Under the pieces are notes generated by a model. That model did no database searches. It was given only the letters and a program-made list of their open reading frames with translations, and was not told the origin of the DNA. From Kordiimonas sp. (GTDB lineage: Bacteria > Pseudomonadota > Alphaproteobacteria > Sphingomonadales > Emcibacteraceae), in NCBI GenBank assembly GCA_002700365.1, contig PADB01000010.1:268591-332590 (forward strand): DNA of 64,000 nt. The letters are read 5' to 3'. The translations under genes were made by a program, and so were the position numbers. Below are positions 11,701 to 21,232 of the stretch, in pieces. Position 1 is the first letter of the stretch, and every line of letters starts with the position of its first letter.

Positions 11701-12180
11701 GACGAGGTAAACAGCCATTTCAAAGAACTGTTCACCCTATTATTTGGCGGTGGAGAAGCACATCTAACCTTAACAGAATCTGACGACCCGCTAGATGCGG
11801 GGCTGGAAATTATGGCCTCTCCCCCCGGGAAAAAATTACAACATCTGTCCTTATTGTCTGGTGGTGAACAGGCCCTTACGGCCCTGTCACTGATCTTTGC
11901 CGTCTTTATGACGAATCCATCACCTATCTGCGTGTTGGATGAGGTGGACGCGCCCCTTGATGACGCCAATGTTGAACGTTTCTGCGCGCTTTTACATGAA
12001 ATGACAAACCGTACAGAAACACGCTTCCTGATTGTCACCCACAATGCGATAACAATGTCGCAAATGCGGCGTCTTTATGGGGTCACAATGGTGGAACGCG
12101 GTGTCTCGCAACTTGTTTCCGTGGATCTGGATGCAGCGGAAAAAATCCGCGATGGCGTACACGATTCTCTTGCCGTCTAA
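8701..12180 (+). CDS. smc: Chromosome segregation protein SMC
   Basis: Walker A GPNGCGKSN, long coiled coils, a hinge, the LSGGEQ signature and Walker B VLDEVDAPLD. GTG start; 1159 aa. Confidence 0.95.
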   Translation: MHFNRLRLSGFKSFVDPTELMIEPGLTGIVGPNGCGKSNLLEALRWVMGENRAKSMRGSGMDDVIFAGTDRRPARNLAEVSLNIDNTSRTAPAAFNDEIELEISRRIERQSGSAYRLNSKDVRAKDIQLLFADAATGAHSPALVSQGRIGALINAKPKERRAVLEDAAGISGLHSRRNEAERRLQAAEDNLTRLGDIEQQLQNQIRHLKRQATQAEKYKDISGQLRQKQALLFLLEWQELHQTIIQTEQRLREAEQQVAAITTDVSSLSTEQAVLTSKMPDLRQAEAEAAAKLHRLTLARDGLDAEEERLRHMQEKLTQQLAQTQQDESREQNSITDMAATLTRLEEERDRLRHEQQVQDVDIEALALAFSEQQKKTLDTEWALEELTNKLAQYNAKQHNLQRDVEDAKNRSEKLKEQKSSIEERLASLHSSNLFTQALKEAQNNLDKAEQELLHARQYYDKCEKDRQQAEEYHLQAREDLNAIEATHTRLHTEIDGLAEVLNTGLRDSDTALFQSISATPGYEAALGAALDGDLEAPLDEDAPIHWRKLPPLEDIPTLPTGATPLANFVSGPELLHRRLAMIGVMENADQATALMPSLLPGQRLVTRDGGLWRWDGFCASPEAPTAAAIRLSQQNRLKHLHTALHKEEQKKASATAYTNDTAAKLDTAQKETRTARDQWRNVEQHVARLRRELTEAEKQSVRHQSEESALKERLDHLSEEEQHINHRLSAAQDQLKDLPQSIELEQQISIAREQVERERHTLSEARLAHDGHTTQHKARENRLAQIDAELDDWQRRRDNTQKHLQNLSQRQADAQAELKSLADRPGEIVLQRRQLNTEIDKASVGRQGVAQRLAEAENHLSLKDAEIRKIQEQLAQAREQRARAEASLEQQQDQKTQQKSRIREEFNCNPLDLRGLTGLAAEDETPDLAQTHADVERLKLSRDRMGPVNLRADTELKEFEEQLSNSISEREDLDKAITRLRQAISSLNKEGRERMLKAFDEVNSHFKELFTLLFGGGEAHLTLTESDDPLDAGLEIMASPPGKKLQHLSLLSGGEQALTALSLIFAVFMTNPSPICVLDEVDAPLDDANVERFCALLHEMTNRTETRFLIVTHNAITMSQMRRLYGVTMVERGVSQLVSVDLDAAEKIRDGVHDSLAV

Positions 12181-12289
12181 GACCTTGGTTAAAAAAATTG
12201 TGCTCTGCAAAATAACTATCCATAAAAGATTATAAAAATCAAACACTTAGATCCATTAAAAACCTTATAATCTTAGACCCTTTTGTAAC

Positions 12290-12318
12290 TTGACAGTCCT
12301 ATGGCCACAAACTATGGT
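12290..12318 (+). promoter_or_regulatory. Candidate sigma-70 promoter of the atp F0 operon
   Basis: TTGACA (12290-12295), 17-nt spacer, TATGGT (12313-12318), about 75 nt upstream of atpI. Confidence 0.35.
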
Positions 12319-12393
12319 GCACTCAAATTTTCGCGGGTATAGGCCTTTGGTCTGTGGCCAGCGCAGACAGCAAGGGTTCAAGGATGTGGATTT

Positions 12394-12732
12394 ATGATAG
12401 ATAACTCCCAATCTCCCGGCCCTAAAAAGCTTGACGCCCTGTCCGCCCGCATAAAGCAGGCACAGGAAGCCAACAAAGCTCCTGACGCCCCGGATCGCGG
12501 CAAACAGACAGCCATGGGCATGGCCTTTCGTCTAAGTGTCGAGATGGTATCAGGCCTTTTGGTCGGTGGGGTTATGGGATGGTGGCTTGACAGATGGTTA
12601 GAAACAAAACCATGGATGATGTTATGTTTCTTCTTTCTGGGTGCTGCAGCGGGCATGCTGAATGTGTATCGGGCAGCAATGTCTATGCAGAAGTCTGCTG
12701 AAGAGGAACAAAATGGGGAACGCCCCGACTGA
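12394..12732 (+). CDS. atpI: ATP synthase protein I (AtpI/AtpZ family)
   Basis: Small two-TM protein immediately upstream of atpB, in the position typical of alphaproteobacteria. Confidence 0.8.
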   Translation: MIDNSQSPGPKKLDALSARIKQAQEANKAPDAPDRGKQTAMGMAFRLSVEMVSGLLVGGVMGWWLDRWLETKPWMMLCFFFLGAAAGMLNVYRAAMSMQKSAEEEQNGERPD

Positions 12733-12797
12733 ATAATGCCGGACTGGTTTACGTTCAGACCGGATGTGTATTAAGGAAGACGTAAAGGGTTTTTATT

Positions 12798-13553
12798 GTG
12801 TCTGCTAATCCTCTCGCTCAATTTGAGGTTAAACGCCTCACTGCAGAACCGCTTCTGGTTGGAGGCTTTGACATTTCCTTCACCAACGCATCCCTTTTCA
12901 TGGTGGTTGTTGTGACTGTAGCCTCCCTTTTTCTAGGGATGGGCGTTCGCCGCGCGGCCATTGTGCCCGGCCGCTGGCAATCCATTGTGGAAATGAGCTA
13001 CGAATTTATCGCCAATATGGTGCGCGATAATGTCGGCAACGAAGGCCGCAGATACTTCCCGTTTATTTTTACCCTGTTTATCTTCATTCTGACATGTAAC
13101 TTAGTCGGTATGGTGCCCTACTCTTTCACTGTCACTAGTCATATTATTGTGACTTTTGCGTTGGCTGCTGTTGTCTTTTTGGGGGTAACCTTCATCGGCT
13201 TTATGTGTCATGGCATGGCTTTCCTGAAGATGTTTGCGCCAGGCGGCGTCCCCTTGTGGTTGATGCCGATGCTGATTGTGATTGAGGTCATTTCCTACAT
13301 GACCCGTCCCATCAGCCTCTCTGTCCGTTTATTTGCCAACATGACAGCCGGCCATACGATTATGAAAGTTTTCGCAGGCTTTGTTGTCTCAATGGGGGCA
13401 GCGGGGGGCGCATTAACGGCTGCCGCGGCACTGCCTTTTGCGTTTGAAATCTTTTTGATCGGCCTGGAATTCTTGGTGGCCTTCCTGCAGGCCTATGTGT
13501 TCACTGTGCTGACGTGTCTTTATCTTAATGATGCCATCCATATGCATCACTAG
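12798..13553 (+). CDS. atpB: F0F1 ATP synthase subunit a
   Basis: SLSVRLFANMTAGH motif with the essential Arg; multi-TM; GTG start. Confidence 0.95.
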   Translation: MSANPLAQFEVKRLTAEPLLVGGFDISFTNASLFMVVVVTVASLFLGMGVRRAAIVPGRWQSIVEMSYEFIANMVRDNVGNEGRRYFPFIFTLFIFILTCNLVGMVPYSFTVTSHIIVTFALAAVVFLGVTFIGFMCHGMAFLKMFAPGGVPLWLMPMLIVIEVISYMTRPISLSVRLFANMTAGHTIMKVFAGFVVSMGAAGGALTAAAALPFAFEIFLIGLEFLVAFLQAYVFTVLTCLYLNDAIHMHH

Positions 13554-13611
13554 GAACTGTTGAATTGTAACTGTAAACAAACTTATTTTGCTAAATTAAG
13601 AGGATTTAATC

Positions 13612-13839
13612 ATGGAACTCGAAGCTGCAAAAATGATCGGTGCTGGTCTGGCAACTATCGCTCTGGCTGGTGTTGGTATTGGTATGGGCAACATCTTCGG
13701 TAGCTTCATGCAGGGTGCACTGCGCAACCCCGCTGCAGCCCCTAAAGTATTTGGTAACCTGATGCTGGGCTTTGCCCTGACAGAGGCGATTGCCCTGTTC
13801 GCATTGGTTATTGCCATGCTCATCCTGTTCGTATTCTAG
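13612..13839 (+). CDS. atpE: F0F1 ATP synthase subunit c
   Basis: 75-aa hairpin proteolipid with GAGLA...GIGMGNIFG and [12 protein letters not shown] containing the carboxylate. Confidence 0.95.
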   Translation: MELEAAKMIGAGLATIALAGVGIGMGNIFGSFMQGALRNPAAAPKVFGNLMLGFALTEAIALFALVIAMLILFVF

Positions 13840-13935
13840 TCCTCGACAGAATAATATAGAACAGATCGTTACGGGAATGCGTGCGGAGCAAATCTCCGCC
13901 GCCTTCCACTTTCAGGCACTATTTGGGGAGCTGAC

Positions 13936-14439
13936 ATGCCTCAGTTAAATCCCGAATTCTTTACTCCTCAGCTTTTTTGGTTGCTGATTACCTTTTCTGT
14001 GCTTTTTGTCGTACTGGCAAAAAGTGTTCTTCCACGTATTGCTGGTGTTCTTGAGGAACGCGAGCTGCGTATTGGCTCTGATCTGGAAAAAGCTCAGCAG
14101 CTAAAGGAAGAAGCAGAAAAAGTACAGACTGCATATGAAGAAAGTCTGGTTGAATCTCGCGCAAAGGCCGTACAGCTTGCGACGGAGACCAAGGCAAAGC
14201 TTCAAGCCATTGCTGATGAACGCAAAGCCGCCCTTGATGCGGAATTAGCGACAACACTGGCTGATGCAGAAAAGCGCATTACATCTGCAAAAGAAGATGC
14301 ACTCGCAAATCTGCAATCTGTTTCCGTTGACGCCTGCCAGGCTGTTGTTTCGAAGCTCATCGGCGTGGATCTGGACCAAGCAACCGTCAAGGCCGTTGTC
14401 GAAAAAGAAACCGGAAACTTCACGAAAGGGGTGGCATAA
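13936..14439 (+). CDS. atpF2: F0F1 ATP synthase subunit b'
   Basis: MPQLNPEFFTPQLFWL N-terminus, one TM helix and a long charged helix. It precedes subunit b. Confidence 0.85.
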   Translation: MPQLNPEFFTPQLFWLLITFSVLFVVLAKSVLPRIAGVLEERELRIGSDLEKAQQLKEEAEKVQTAYEESLVESRAKAVQLATETKAKLQAIADERKAALDAELATTLADAEKRITSAKEDALANLQSVSVDACQAVVSKLIGVDLDQATVKAVVEKETGNFTKGVA

Positions 14440-15017
14440 TGGCGACTGATGCGCAACCCACTCTTCAGCAGTCCACAGCTGTTCCTCATGGCGACCCGTA
14501 CGCGGTAGACGCTCACCATGGAACAGAGGCATTTTATGCGGATCCGACTTTTTGGGTGCTGATGGCCTTCATCCTGTTTTTTGTGGTACTTTTCTATTTA
14601 AAGATCCACAAGACATTGGCGGGCCTTCTCGATGAACGGTCAGAAAAAATTGCCCGGCAAATAGACGAAGCCCGTACATTGCGTGAAGAAGCTCAGGCTC
14701 TCTTGGCACAGTATCAACGCCAGCAGATGGAAGCTTCCAAAGAGGCTGAAGACATCATCAAGCATGCCGAGGAAGACGCAAAAATCATCACAGATCAAGC
14801 TGAAAAAGATCTTGAGGCACTGGTGGCACGCCGCACACAACTTGCAGAAGAGAAAATCGCACAATCCGAAGCATTGGCGATACAGGAAGTGCAGCAGGCA
14901 GCCGTCACTGTTGCGATGGCTTCTGCCCGCACACTTATTGCAGAAAATGTTAAGGGTGGCTTGCAAGAAAAGCTAGTGGAACAGTCCGTTTCTGACCTGG
15001 ACAAAAACGTCCACTAA
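14439..15017 (+). CDS. atpF: F0F1 ATP synthase subunit b
   Basis: One TM helix plus a long Ala/Glu/Lys-rich helix. The start overlaps the b' stop by 1 nt. Confidence 0.85.
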   Translation: MATDAQPTLQQSTAVPHGDPYAVDAHHGTEAFYADPTFWVLMAFILFFVVLFYLKIHKTLAGLLDERSEKIARQIDEARTLREEAQALLAQYQRQQMEASKEAEDIIKHAEEDAKIITDQAEKDLEALVARRTQLAEEKIAQSEALAIQEVQQAAVTVAMASARTLIAENVKGGLQEKLVEQSVSDLDKNVH

Positions 15018-15036
15018 GTCACCTTACAGAGTTCAT

Positions 15037-15071
15037 AAAAAGCCGGCTGAAATCTTTAGCCGGCTTTTTTA
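15037..15071 (+). terminator. Rho-independent terminator of the atp F0 operon
   Basis: AGCCGGCT-GAAATCTTT-AGCCGGCT followed by TTTTTT. Confidence 0.7.
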
Positions 15072-15098
15072 TGTATTCATTTTATATCGTGCCCGCCC

Positions 15099-16127
15099 CT
15101 AACGGCCATCATATACGCCTAAGTCCTGAATGGCCGTAACCAGCAATTTGGTGAAATAAGCCTGATCCTGCACGCCAACATGAGAACTGTCCGGCAGGGG
15201 AATATCCGCCATCCCCGGAATATCCATAAAATGCAGACTATCGGCATGCTTACTGGCCAGCACATCCCAATACTCAGCCCGTGGTAGTGCCTTCTGGTCT
15301 ACATCCCAATGCCCTTCTGAAGTCGGCATCCGTACAATCACCACACGCCCACCACGTTTCTCAATCTGGCGGATATAGCCCATCATCATATCCAGATTGG
15401 CCATCCACTCGCCCTTGCGGGCCGGCGTGAAAGCTTCGGCTGTTTTCGATGCCCGCGCGACACGGGCTGCTTTATAACCATCAATATCAATCTGGCTGTA
15501 ATCTGTATTGCGCTGACGTTCTTCGGTCACCACATTCATCGCCGGACCAAATAACGTCTGATCCCCTTCGATTAAGGCCCGGACAACCGATGTCATACCA
15601 TAGCGCGGGTTGCGTGAAACCAGCCTTGATTGCGCCTCACGGTCAAACCAGAAATTCACGCGATTATTCATCCCCCAGTTGCGATGATAATAATCCACGT
15701 GACCAGCCTGTTCCCGCCAGGCCTCATCATACAATCCGTGACTGGACAGGGCCATGACCACCACACCGGAAAAACTCGTTTTCTCCGCAATATCTTTCAA
15801 CGTTGCCAGCGGGGCCTCACCTGCGACAGACAGTTGATACAAACGATCAAACTCTATACCTTCACGATACGCGGCTAGTGAAACTGCCGATATCATTCGC
15901 GATGCCCCCAACAATACTGTCGCCTGTTTTGTCGGGCTGGCCTCTATTTTCTGACGTATATAGCTCCAGCTTTTAATGCCGTTATCGTAACTGGGCACCA
16001 CATCATGTCCCCGCCAGAACATCTCCACCGCGCCGACACAGACCGCTGTCACCATTGCTGTGCCCAGCAATAATGTCTTCAGGCCAACTTTCGGCGCCCG
16101 ATCAGAACTGGAAGTAAATGAAGGCAC
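15099..16127 (-). CDS. Membrane-anchored periplasmic protein; putative SGNH/DltD-like acyl-transfer partner of the MBOAT
   Basis: N-terminal TM anchor. LLGASRM resembles SGNH block I with Ser, and LPDSSHV resembles block V (DxxH). GTG start with a GGGAGAAG RBS. It overlaps the MBOAT stop by 26 nt. Confidence 0.7.
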   Translation of the reverse strand: MPSFTSSSDRAPKVGLKTLLLGTAMVTAVCVGAVEMFWRGHDVVPSYDNGIKSWSYIRQKIEASPTKQATVLLGASRMISAVSLAAYREGIEFDRLYQLSVAGEAPLATLKDIAEKTSFSGVVVMALSSHGLYDEAWREQAGHVDYYHRNWGMNNRVNFWFDREAQSRLVSRNPRYGMTSVVRALIEGDQTLFGPAMNVVTEERQRNTDYSQIDIDGYKAARVARASKTAEAFTPARKGEWMANLDMMMGYIRQIEKRGGRVVIVRMPTSEGHWDVDQKALPRAEYWDVLASKHADSLHFMDIPGMADIPLPDSSHVGVQDQAYFTKLLVTAIQDLGVYDGR

Positions 16128-17523
16128 GATCTTCTCCCGGTGACATAATAATCAACGTCAGCATGATGCCAAGCACCATCGCTTTAAGTAAATCTGGGAC
16201 CTTGGCCGCTGCGTCTTCCAACGTGGTATTGCGCAGCATGGCATGCATAAACAGCAGGCCGGTAATCCCCACACCCACAAGGGCCACATCCACACGGCTG
16301 ACATAAATCTCGGCATAAGGCAGCAGGAACAAGGTCGCCTGTATAATCTCGAACGCCTTGTCAAAGCTGCTGGCGCGGAAAAACACCCAGGCCAGACAGA
16401 CCAGACCAAAGGTGACCCCGGCCAGAAACAGGCGACCCAGCATGGTCTTCCAGATACGCCATTGCCCCATCAGGCGATTGGCCAGTCGTTCCAGCACCAG
16501 ATAACTGCCATGCAGCCCACCCCAGACCACAAAGGTCCAGCTGGCCCCATGCCACAATCCCCCAATCAACATGGTCAGTGCCAGATTGCGATAAGTTTTG
16601 ACTTTGCCATGTCGGCTTCCCCCCATACTGATATAAAGGTAATCACGCAGCCAGCTTGACAGGGATATATGCCAGCGACGCCAGAAATCAGAAAAACCGA
16701 TCGCGGCATAAGGAAACCTGAAATTATCCGGCAGGGCAAAACCTAATGCCATAGCCACCCCGATGGCCGTTGTTGAATAACCGGCAAAATCACAAAATAT
16801 CTGTCCTGCAAAAGCCAATGTGCCCACAGCCGCCGCCATGGATGATACTATTGCAGTACTATCATAGACCTTCTCCACGACCGGCGCGAAAAGCCCATCC
16901 GCCAACACCACCTTTTGGAAAATCCCCAGAATAATAAGGCTGACTGCCCATCCCATTTTCGACCAATTGACCGATTTCGGCGTATCACATTGCGGCAGGA
17001 AATCATGGGCCCGCACAATCGGTCCTGCAACCAGTTGCGGAAAAAACGTCACATATAACGCATAGTCTGTAAAACTATGCCAGGGCTTCATCTGACGCTT
17101 ATAAATATCCAGGGTATAGGACAGTGTTTGGAACGTATAAAACGAAATGCCTACGGGCAGAATAATATCCATCTCCAGGGGCTGATAGGCGACACCGATC
17201 ATTGCGGCCATATCAACAAAACTGTTCACAAGGAACTCGCTGTATTTAAAGAACCCCAGTAAGCCTAAATTCACAGATAGACTGCAGATAAGAAAGAACT
17301 TCCGTAACCTGATAGACGTTGCATAGGCGATACGTTGCGCCAGAAGCCAATCCACCAGCGTTGAAAACCAGATTAAAATGACAAAAGGCGGGTTCCAGGC
17401 CGCATAAAAAAGATAGCTGGCCCCGATCAACAAAATCTTTTTAGATTTCCAGCGAATGGGACTGCTGTAAAACGCCAGCACCACCGCTAAAAAAAGAATA
17501 AACGTATAAGAATTAAAAACCAA
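16102..17523 (-). CDS. MBOAT-family membrane O-acyltransferase (AlgI/DltB/PatA-like)
   Basis: Multi-TM, 473 aa, with the conserved FWRRWHISLSSWLRDYLY region containing the catalytic His. Confidence 0.9.
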   Translation of the reverse strand: MVFNSYTFILFLAVVLAFYSSPIRWKSKKILLIGASYLFYAAWNPPFVILIWFSTLVDWLLAQRIAYATSIRLRKFFLICSLSVNLGLLGFFKYSEFLVNSFVDMAAMIGVAYQPLEMDIILPVGISFYTFQTLSYTLDIYKRQMKPWHSFTDYALYVTFFPQLVAGPIVRAHDFLPQCDTPKSVNWSKMGWAVSLIILGIFQKVVLADGLFAPVVEKVYDSTAIVSSMAAAVGTLAFAGQIFCDFAGYSTTAIGVAMALGFALPDNFRFPYAAIGFSDFWRRWHISLSSWLRDYLYISMGGSRHGKVKTYRNLALTMLIGGLWHGASWTFVVWGGLHGSYLVLERLANRLMGQWRIWKTMLGRLFLAGVTFGLVCLAWVFFRASSFDKAFEIIQATLFLLPYAEIYVSRVDVALVGVGITGLLFMHAMLRNTTLEDAAAKVPDLLKAMVLGIMLTLIIMSPGEDRAFIYFQF

Positions 17524-17635
17524 GAGACCGCCCCCTTCTTCAATCCTTACTCTTTACCTCATGAGTATAAAAGAAGTCTTACGAAGCGAGCAAAAACCTA
17601 AGAATGAGAGTCCGCCCCTTGGGACGCTGATATCC

Positions 17636-18010
17636 CTAGGCGTTACGCACCATATCCGCCACATCGGCCAATGCCGGGCGCAGCACCTCTACCAGTTTCT
17701 TATCCAAGTTAACTGCTTCCAACGCCGCATCCATGCACATCATCCACATATCGCGGGCTTCCGCATCAATTTTATATGGGGCATGCGGCTCTGTCATGCA
17801 CATGCCATTTCCCTGTTCCAACCATGTCCTTGGGCCGCCCAGCCATGCCATTAAATACAGGCTCAACCGCTCTTCCATCGGTTTCAGGTCACTTTTGTGC
17901 ATATCCCGAATTTTCTTCACTTCGGGCATTGTATCCATCGCTTTGTAGAATTCATGAACCAATGCGCGGACAACGGGCTCACCGCCCATAACGTCATAGG
18001 GTGTCTTCAT
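17636..18010 (-). CDS. Group II truncated hemoglobin
   Basis: MKTPYDVMGGEPVVRALVHEFY N-terminus is typical of trHbO/YjbI-type globins. ATG 18010 is preceded by GAGG. Confidence 0.8.
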   Translation of the reverse strand: MKTPYDVMGGEPVVRALVHEFYKAMDTMPEVKKIRDMHKSDLKPMEERLSLYLMAWLGGPRTWLEQGNGMCMTEPHAPYKIDAEARDMWMMCMDAALEAVNLDKKLVEVLRPALADVADMVRNA

Positions 18011-18118
18011 CTGTGATAACCTCATTTATTCTTGTTTTCTATAATATGAATTCAGCCTAAAATAAATACTCTCCGCTTAAAAATCCATTTTCAGCAAAAG
18101 ATCGGCAGTTTTAGAACA

Positions 18119-19645
18119 ATGACACAAATTGCCCCGTCCCAGGCCGAAGTTATTTCTTTTCTGCGGCAATATATTGCCCGTGCTGACGATTACGCTGAAA
18201 TTGAAACTCATATCTCCCATATTTTTCTGAAAGATGACGTTGCCTTTAAACTGAAAAAAGCATTGTGTTTCGATTTTCTTGATTTCAGCACACTGGCCGC
18301 ACGCCAACACTATTGTCAACGGGAATTCACCCTAAATCAACGAACCGCCCCCGCTCTCTATCTTGATGTTCTTCCTATTACCCGCAACCCTGTAACGAAC
18401 GGTCTATGCATAGGCGGCCAGGGGCCTGCCATGGACTGGATCATAAAAATGCGCCGTTTCGACCAACAAAACCTTCTGTCACATATGGCAGAAAGTCGCA
18501 GCCTTGACCTGACTTTGATCTGCACATTAGCAGACCACATTATCTCATTCCATAACAGTGCAGAGGCCAAACCGGACTTTGGCAACCCCGAATATTATGC
18601 CTCTGTCATCAATAGCATTGGTGACAATCTTCGCGCGGCCCCTGACATCCTTCATGAAAACGATATTTCCGCCCTTGTAAGGCGGCTCAAGAGCCTTCTC
18701 AGCCAGCATCAGGACCTGATCCGTCACCGCGCGGATCACGGACTTGTCCGTCAATGCCATGGCGATTTACATCTCGCCAATATTGTCCTCTATAATGGCC
18801 AGCCTGTCCCGTTCGATTGTATCGAATTTTCTGAGGATATCGCTAATATTGATGTCCTCTATGATCTTGCATTTACACTCATGGACCTGTTGCATTACGA
18901 CCTGCGGCCACACGCCAACCTGCTACTAAACCGTTATATGGAAGCCCGGCGTGATTATCAGGGCCTTGCTCTTCTTCCTTTTTTTATGGCCCTGCGGGCA
19001 GGAATAAGGGCTATGGTCACCGCCATTGCCGCAGGTGAGGCGGCCACCGCTAGCCAAAAGCAGGATATTCGTCATTATCACGCGCTGGCCCTTCATCTTT
19101 GTACCTTGCCAACTGCACAAATGGTCGCCATCGGCGGGCTGTCCGCCAGTGGCAAATCAACTGTTGCGCAACAAATCGCTCTTGACCTTATGCCAGGCTC
19201 TGGCGCAATCATTTTACGCAGTGACGGAATCCGCAAACGCCTGTTTAACCAACGACCGGAAACAACACTACCGCCTGACGCCTATAACCGTAACGTCAGC
19301 CGCAAAGTCTACGCCATCATGCAAGACGATGCTGAAGCGGCACTGCATGCAGGCTACACCGTCATATGTGATGGTACACACCTCTCCCCCGCTGGTCGTG
19401 AGGATCTTGCCCAAAAGGCGATGGCATTATCGCTCCCCTTTACAGGCCTGTGGATAGAAGCAACGCCAGACAATTTACGCAACCGGATAAAACATCGGAA
19501 AAATGACGCTTCTGACGCCACATTAGACGTTCTGGAACGACAATTAAAACAGGATTCCGGTCCAATTAAATGGACGATATTGGACGGCAACCGTGACCGT
19601 CAAAGCCTGCACCAGCAGGCCTTGACCGCCCTCTCATCCCGCTAA
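18119..19645 (+). CDS. Fusion protein: APH-like phosphotransferase domain plus P-loop kinase domain
   Basis: HGDLHLANIV and IEFSED (APH/protein-kinase-like catalytic loop) in the N-terminal two thirds. Walker A GGLSASGKST in the C-terminal third. Confidence 0.8.
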   Translation: MTQIAPSQAEVISFLRQYIARADDYAEIETHISHIFLKDDVAFKLKKALCFDFLDFSTLAARQHYCQREFTLNQRTAPALYLDVLPITRNPVTNGLCIGGQGPAMDWIIKMRRFDQQNLLSHMAESRSLDLTLICTLADHIISFHNSAEAKPDFGNPEYYASVINSIGDNLRAAPDILHENDISALVRRLKSLLSQHQDLIRHRADHGLVRQCHGDLHLANIVLYNGQPVPFDCIEFSEDIANIDVLYDLAFTLMDLLHYDLRPHANLLLNRYMEARRDYQGLALLPFFMALRAGIRAMVTAIAAGEAATASQKQDIRHYHALALHLCTLPTAQMVAIGGLSASGKSTVAQQIALDLMPGSGAIILRSDGIRKRLFNQRPETTLPPDAYNRNVSRKVYAIMQDDAEAALHAGYTVICDGTHLSPAGREDLAQKAMALSLPFTGLWIEATPDNLRNRIKHRKNDASDATLDVLERQLKQDSGPIKWTILDGNRDRQSLHQQALTALSSR

Positions 19646-19678
19646 CCAACGTTTTTAAGAAAGCCTTTTGCCATTATC

Positions 19679-21232
19679 CTAGTTCGTGGTGCTTGCCGGG
19701 GGCGGGCTCCAACGTAAAATTGGTTTACGGGCCGCAGCCGTTTCATCCAGCCGCCGACGCGGGGCCAAATACGGTGCCGCGCTAAAGCGATCATTATCGC
19801 CCTGCGTTGCGGCCGCCACCAAGCCACGTAAAGAAGTGATGAACTCGTCCAGATTCTTCTTACTTTCTGTTTCTGTAGGCTCGATCAACATCGCCCCATG
19901 TACAACCAAGGGGAAATACATCGTCATGGGATGGAATCCTTCATCGATCATCGCTTTGGCAAAATCCAATGTAGTGACGTTACTATCTTTGAGAAAACGA
20001 TCATCAAACAAGCATTCATGCATACAAGGGCCTGCATAGGACGCTGTCATGACATCCGACAATGATGCCATGACATAATTGGCCGCCAATACGGCATCTT
20101 CTGCCACCTGCATCAATCCGTCAGCCCCGTGTGACAACATATAAGACATAGCCCGTACGAACATACCCATTTGACCATGAAACGCTGTCAGGCGGCCAAA
20201 GCTCTGGCTGTCCTCATCTGTTTCTTCCATGGTAAAGCCCCCGTCACGCCATTCGACCAAAGGTCGCGGCATATAGGGCACTAACGCCTCGGAAAACACA
20301 ACCGGGCCACTGCCGGGACCACCGCCCCCATGGGGCGTGGAAAAGGTTTTATGTAAATTGATGTGCATGCAATCCACACCTAAATCACCTGGACGTACTT
20401 TACCGACGATGGCATTAAAATTGGCCCCATCACAATAAAAGTAAGCCCCGGCTGCATGCACAGCCTCTGCGATATTAATAATATCCCGCTCAAAAAGACC
20501 GCATGTATTGGGATTCGTCAACATTACGGCGGCGACATCTTCGTTTAATGCCTCTTTTAAAGCAGCCAGATCCACACGCCCTTCCGAAGTGGCTGCAATG
20601 GACTGCACCTGATAGCCACATAATGCCGCGGTCGCCGGATTAGTCCCATGGGCAGACTCGGGGACCAGCACCACTTTACGGGCATTCCCCTTTGCCTCCA
20701 ACGCCGCACGAATAGCCATCAGCCCACATAATTCGCCATGGGCTCCCGCTTTAGGTGATAAGGCAACACCGGGCATGCCCGTTAATGTCTTTAACCAATG
20801 GCCCAACATATCCATAAGGCCCAGGGCCCCTTGCACTGTTTCTTCGGGTTGTAACGGGTGAATATCCGTAAAGCCTGGCAAGCGGGCCATTTTTTCATTC
20901 AACCGGGGATTATGCTTCATGGTGCATGACCCCAAGGGATATACCCCCATGTCAATCGCATAATTCTGCCGGCTCAACCGGGTGTAATGCCGCAATGTAT
21001 CAGGCTCGGATAATCCGGCTAGGCCAATATCGCCTTCGCGGCCCATTTGCCCCAGACGTGACGTGACTGCCGGCACCTCAGGCAGATCAACCCCGGTCAT
21101 CTCCGGGCTGCCCCGCTCGTATAAAAGTGGCTCTTCCAATGCCAGCCCCTGATGACCGCTCACAGTTTCCACAACACCTGTTGGGCCTTGTTCTGCGCCG
21201 CTTGTGGTCGGGCGCCCCTGACGGTTCATCAT
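19679..21232 (-). CDS. gcvPB: Glycine dehydrogenase (decarboxylating) subunit 2
   Basis: PLP-enzyme motifs ([16 protein letters not shown]). Follows gcvPA with a 4-nt overlap. Confidence 0.95.
   Translation of the reverse strand: MMNRQGRPTTSGAEQGPTGVVETVSGHQGLALEEPLLYERGSPEMTGVDLPEVPAVTSRLGQMGREGDIGLAGLSEPDTLRHYTRLSRQNYAIDMGVYPLGSCTMKHNPRLNEKMARLPGFTDIHPLQPEETVQGALGLMDMLGHWLKTLTGMPGVALSPKAGAHGELCGLMAIRAALEAKGNARKVVLVPESAHGTNPATAALCGYQVQSIAATSEGRVDLAALKEALNEDVAAVMLTNPNTCGLFERDIINIAEAVHAAGAYFYCDGANFNAIVGKVRPGDLGVDCMHINLHKTFSTPHGGGGPGSGPVVFSEALVPYMPRPLVEWRDGGFTMEETDEDSQSFGRLTAFHGQMGMFVRAMSYMLSHGADGLMQVAEDAVLAANYVMASLSDVMTASYAGPCMHECLFDDRFLKDSNVTTLDFAKAMIDEGFHPMTMYFPLVVHGAMLIEPTETESKKNLDEFITSLRGLVAAATQGDNDRFSAAPYLAPRRRLDETAAARKPILRWSPPPASTTN

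Noticed and set aside
9579-12044. Several long antisense ORFs inside smc (for example 9579-10043, 10946-11392 and 11496-12044, up to 182 aa).
   Set aside because: They lie entirely within the well-supported smc frame. Their translations are low-complexity Ser/Arg/Cys-rich strings, typical of shadow frames opposite Glu/Ala/Leu/Gln-rich coiled-coil coding sequence.
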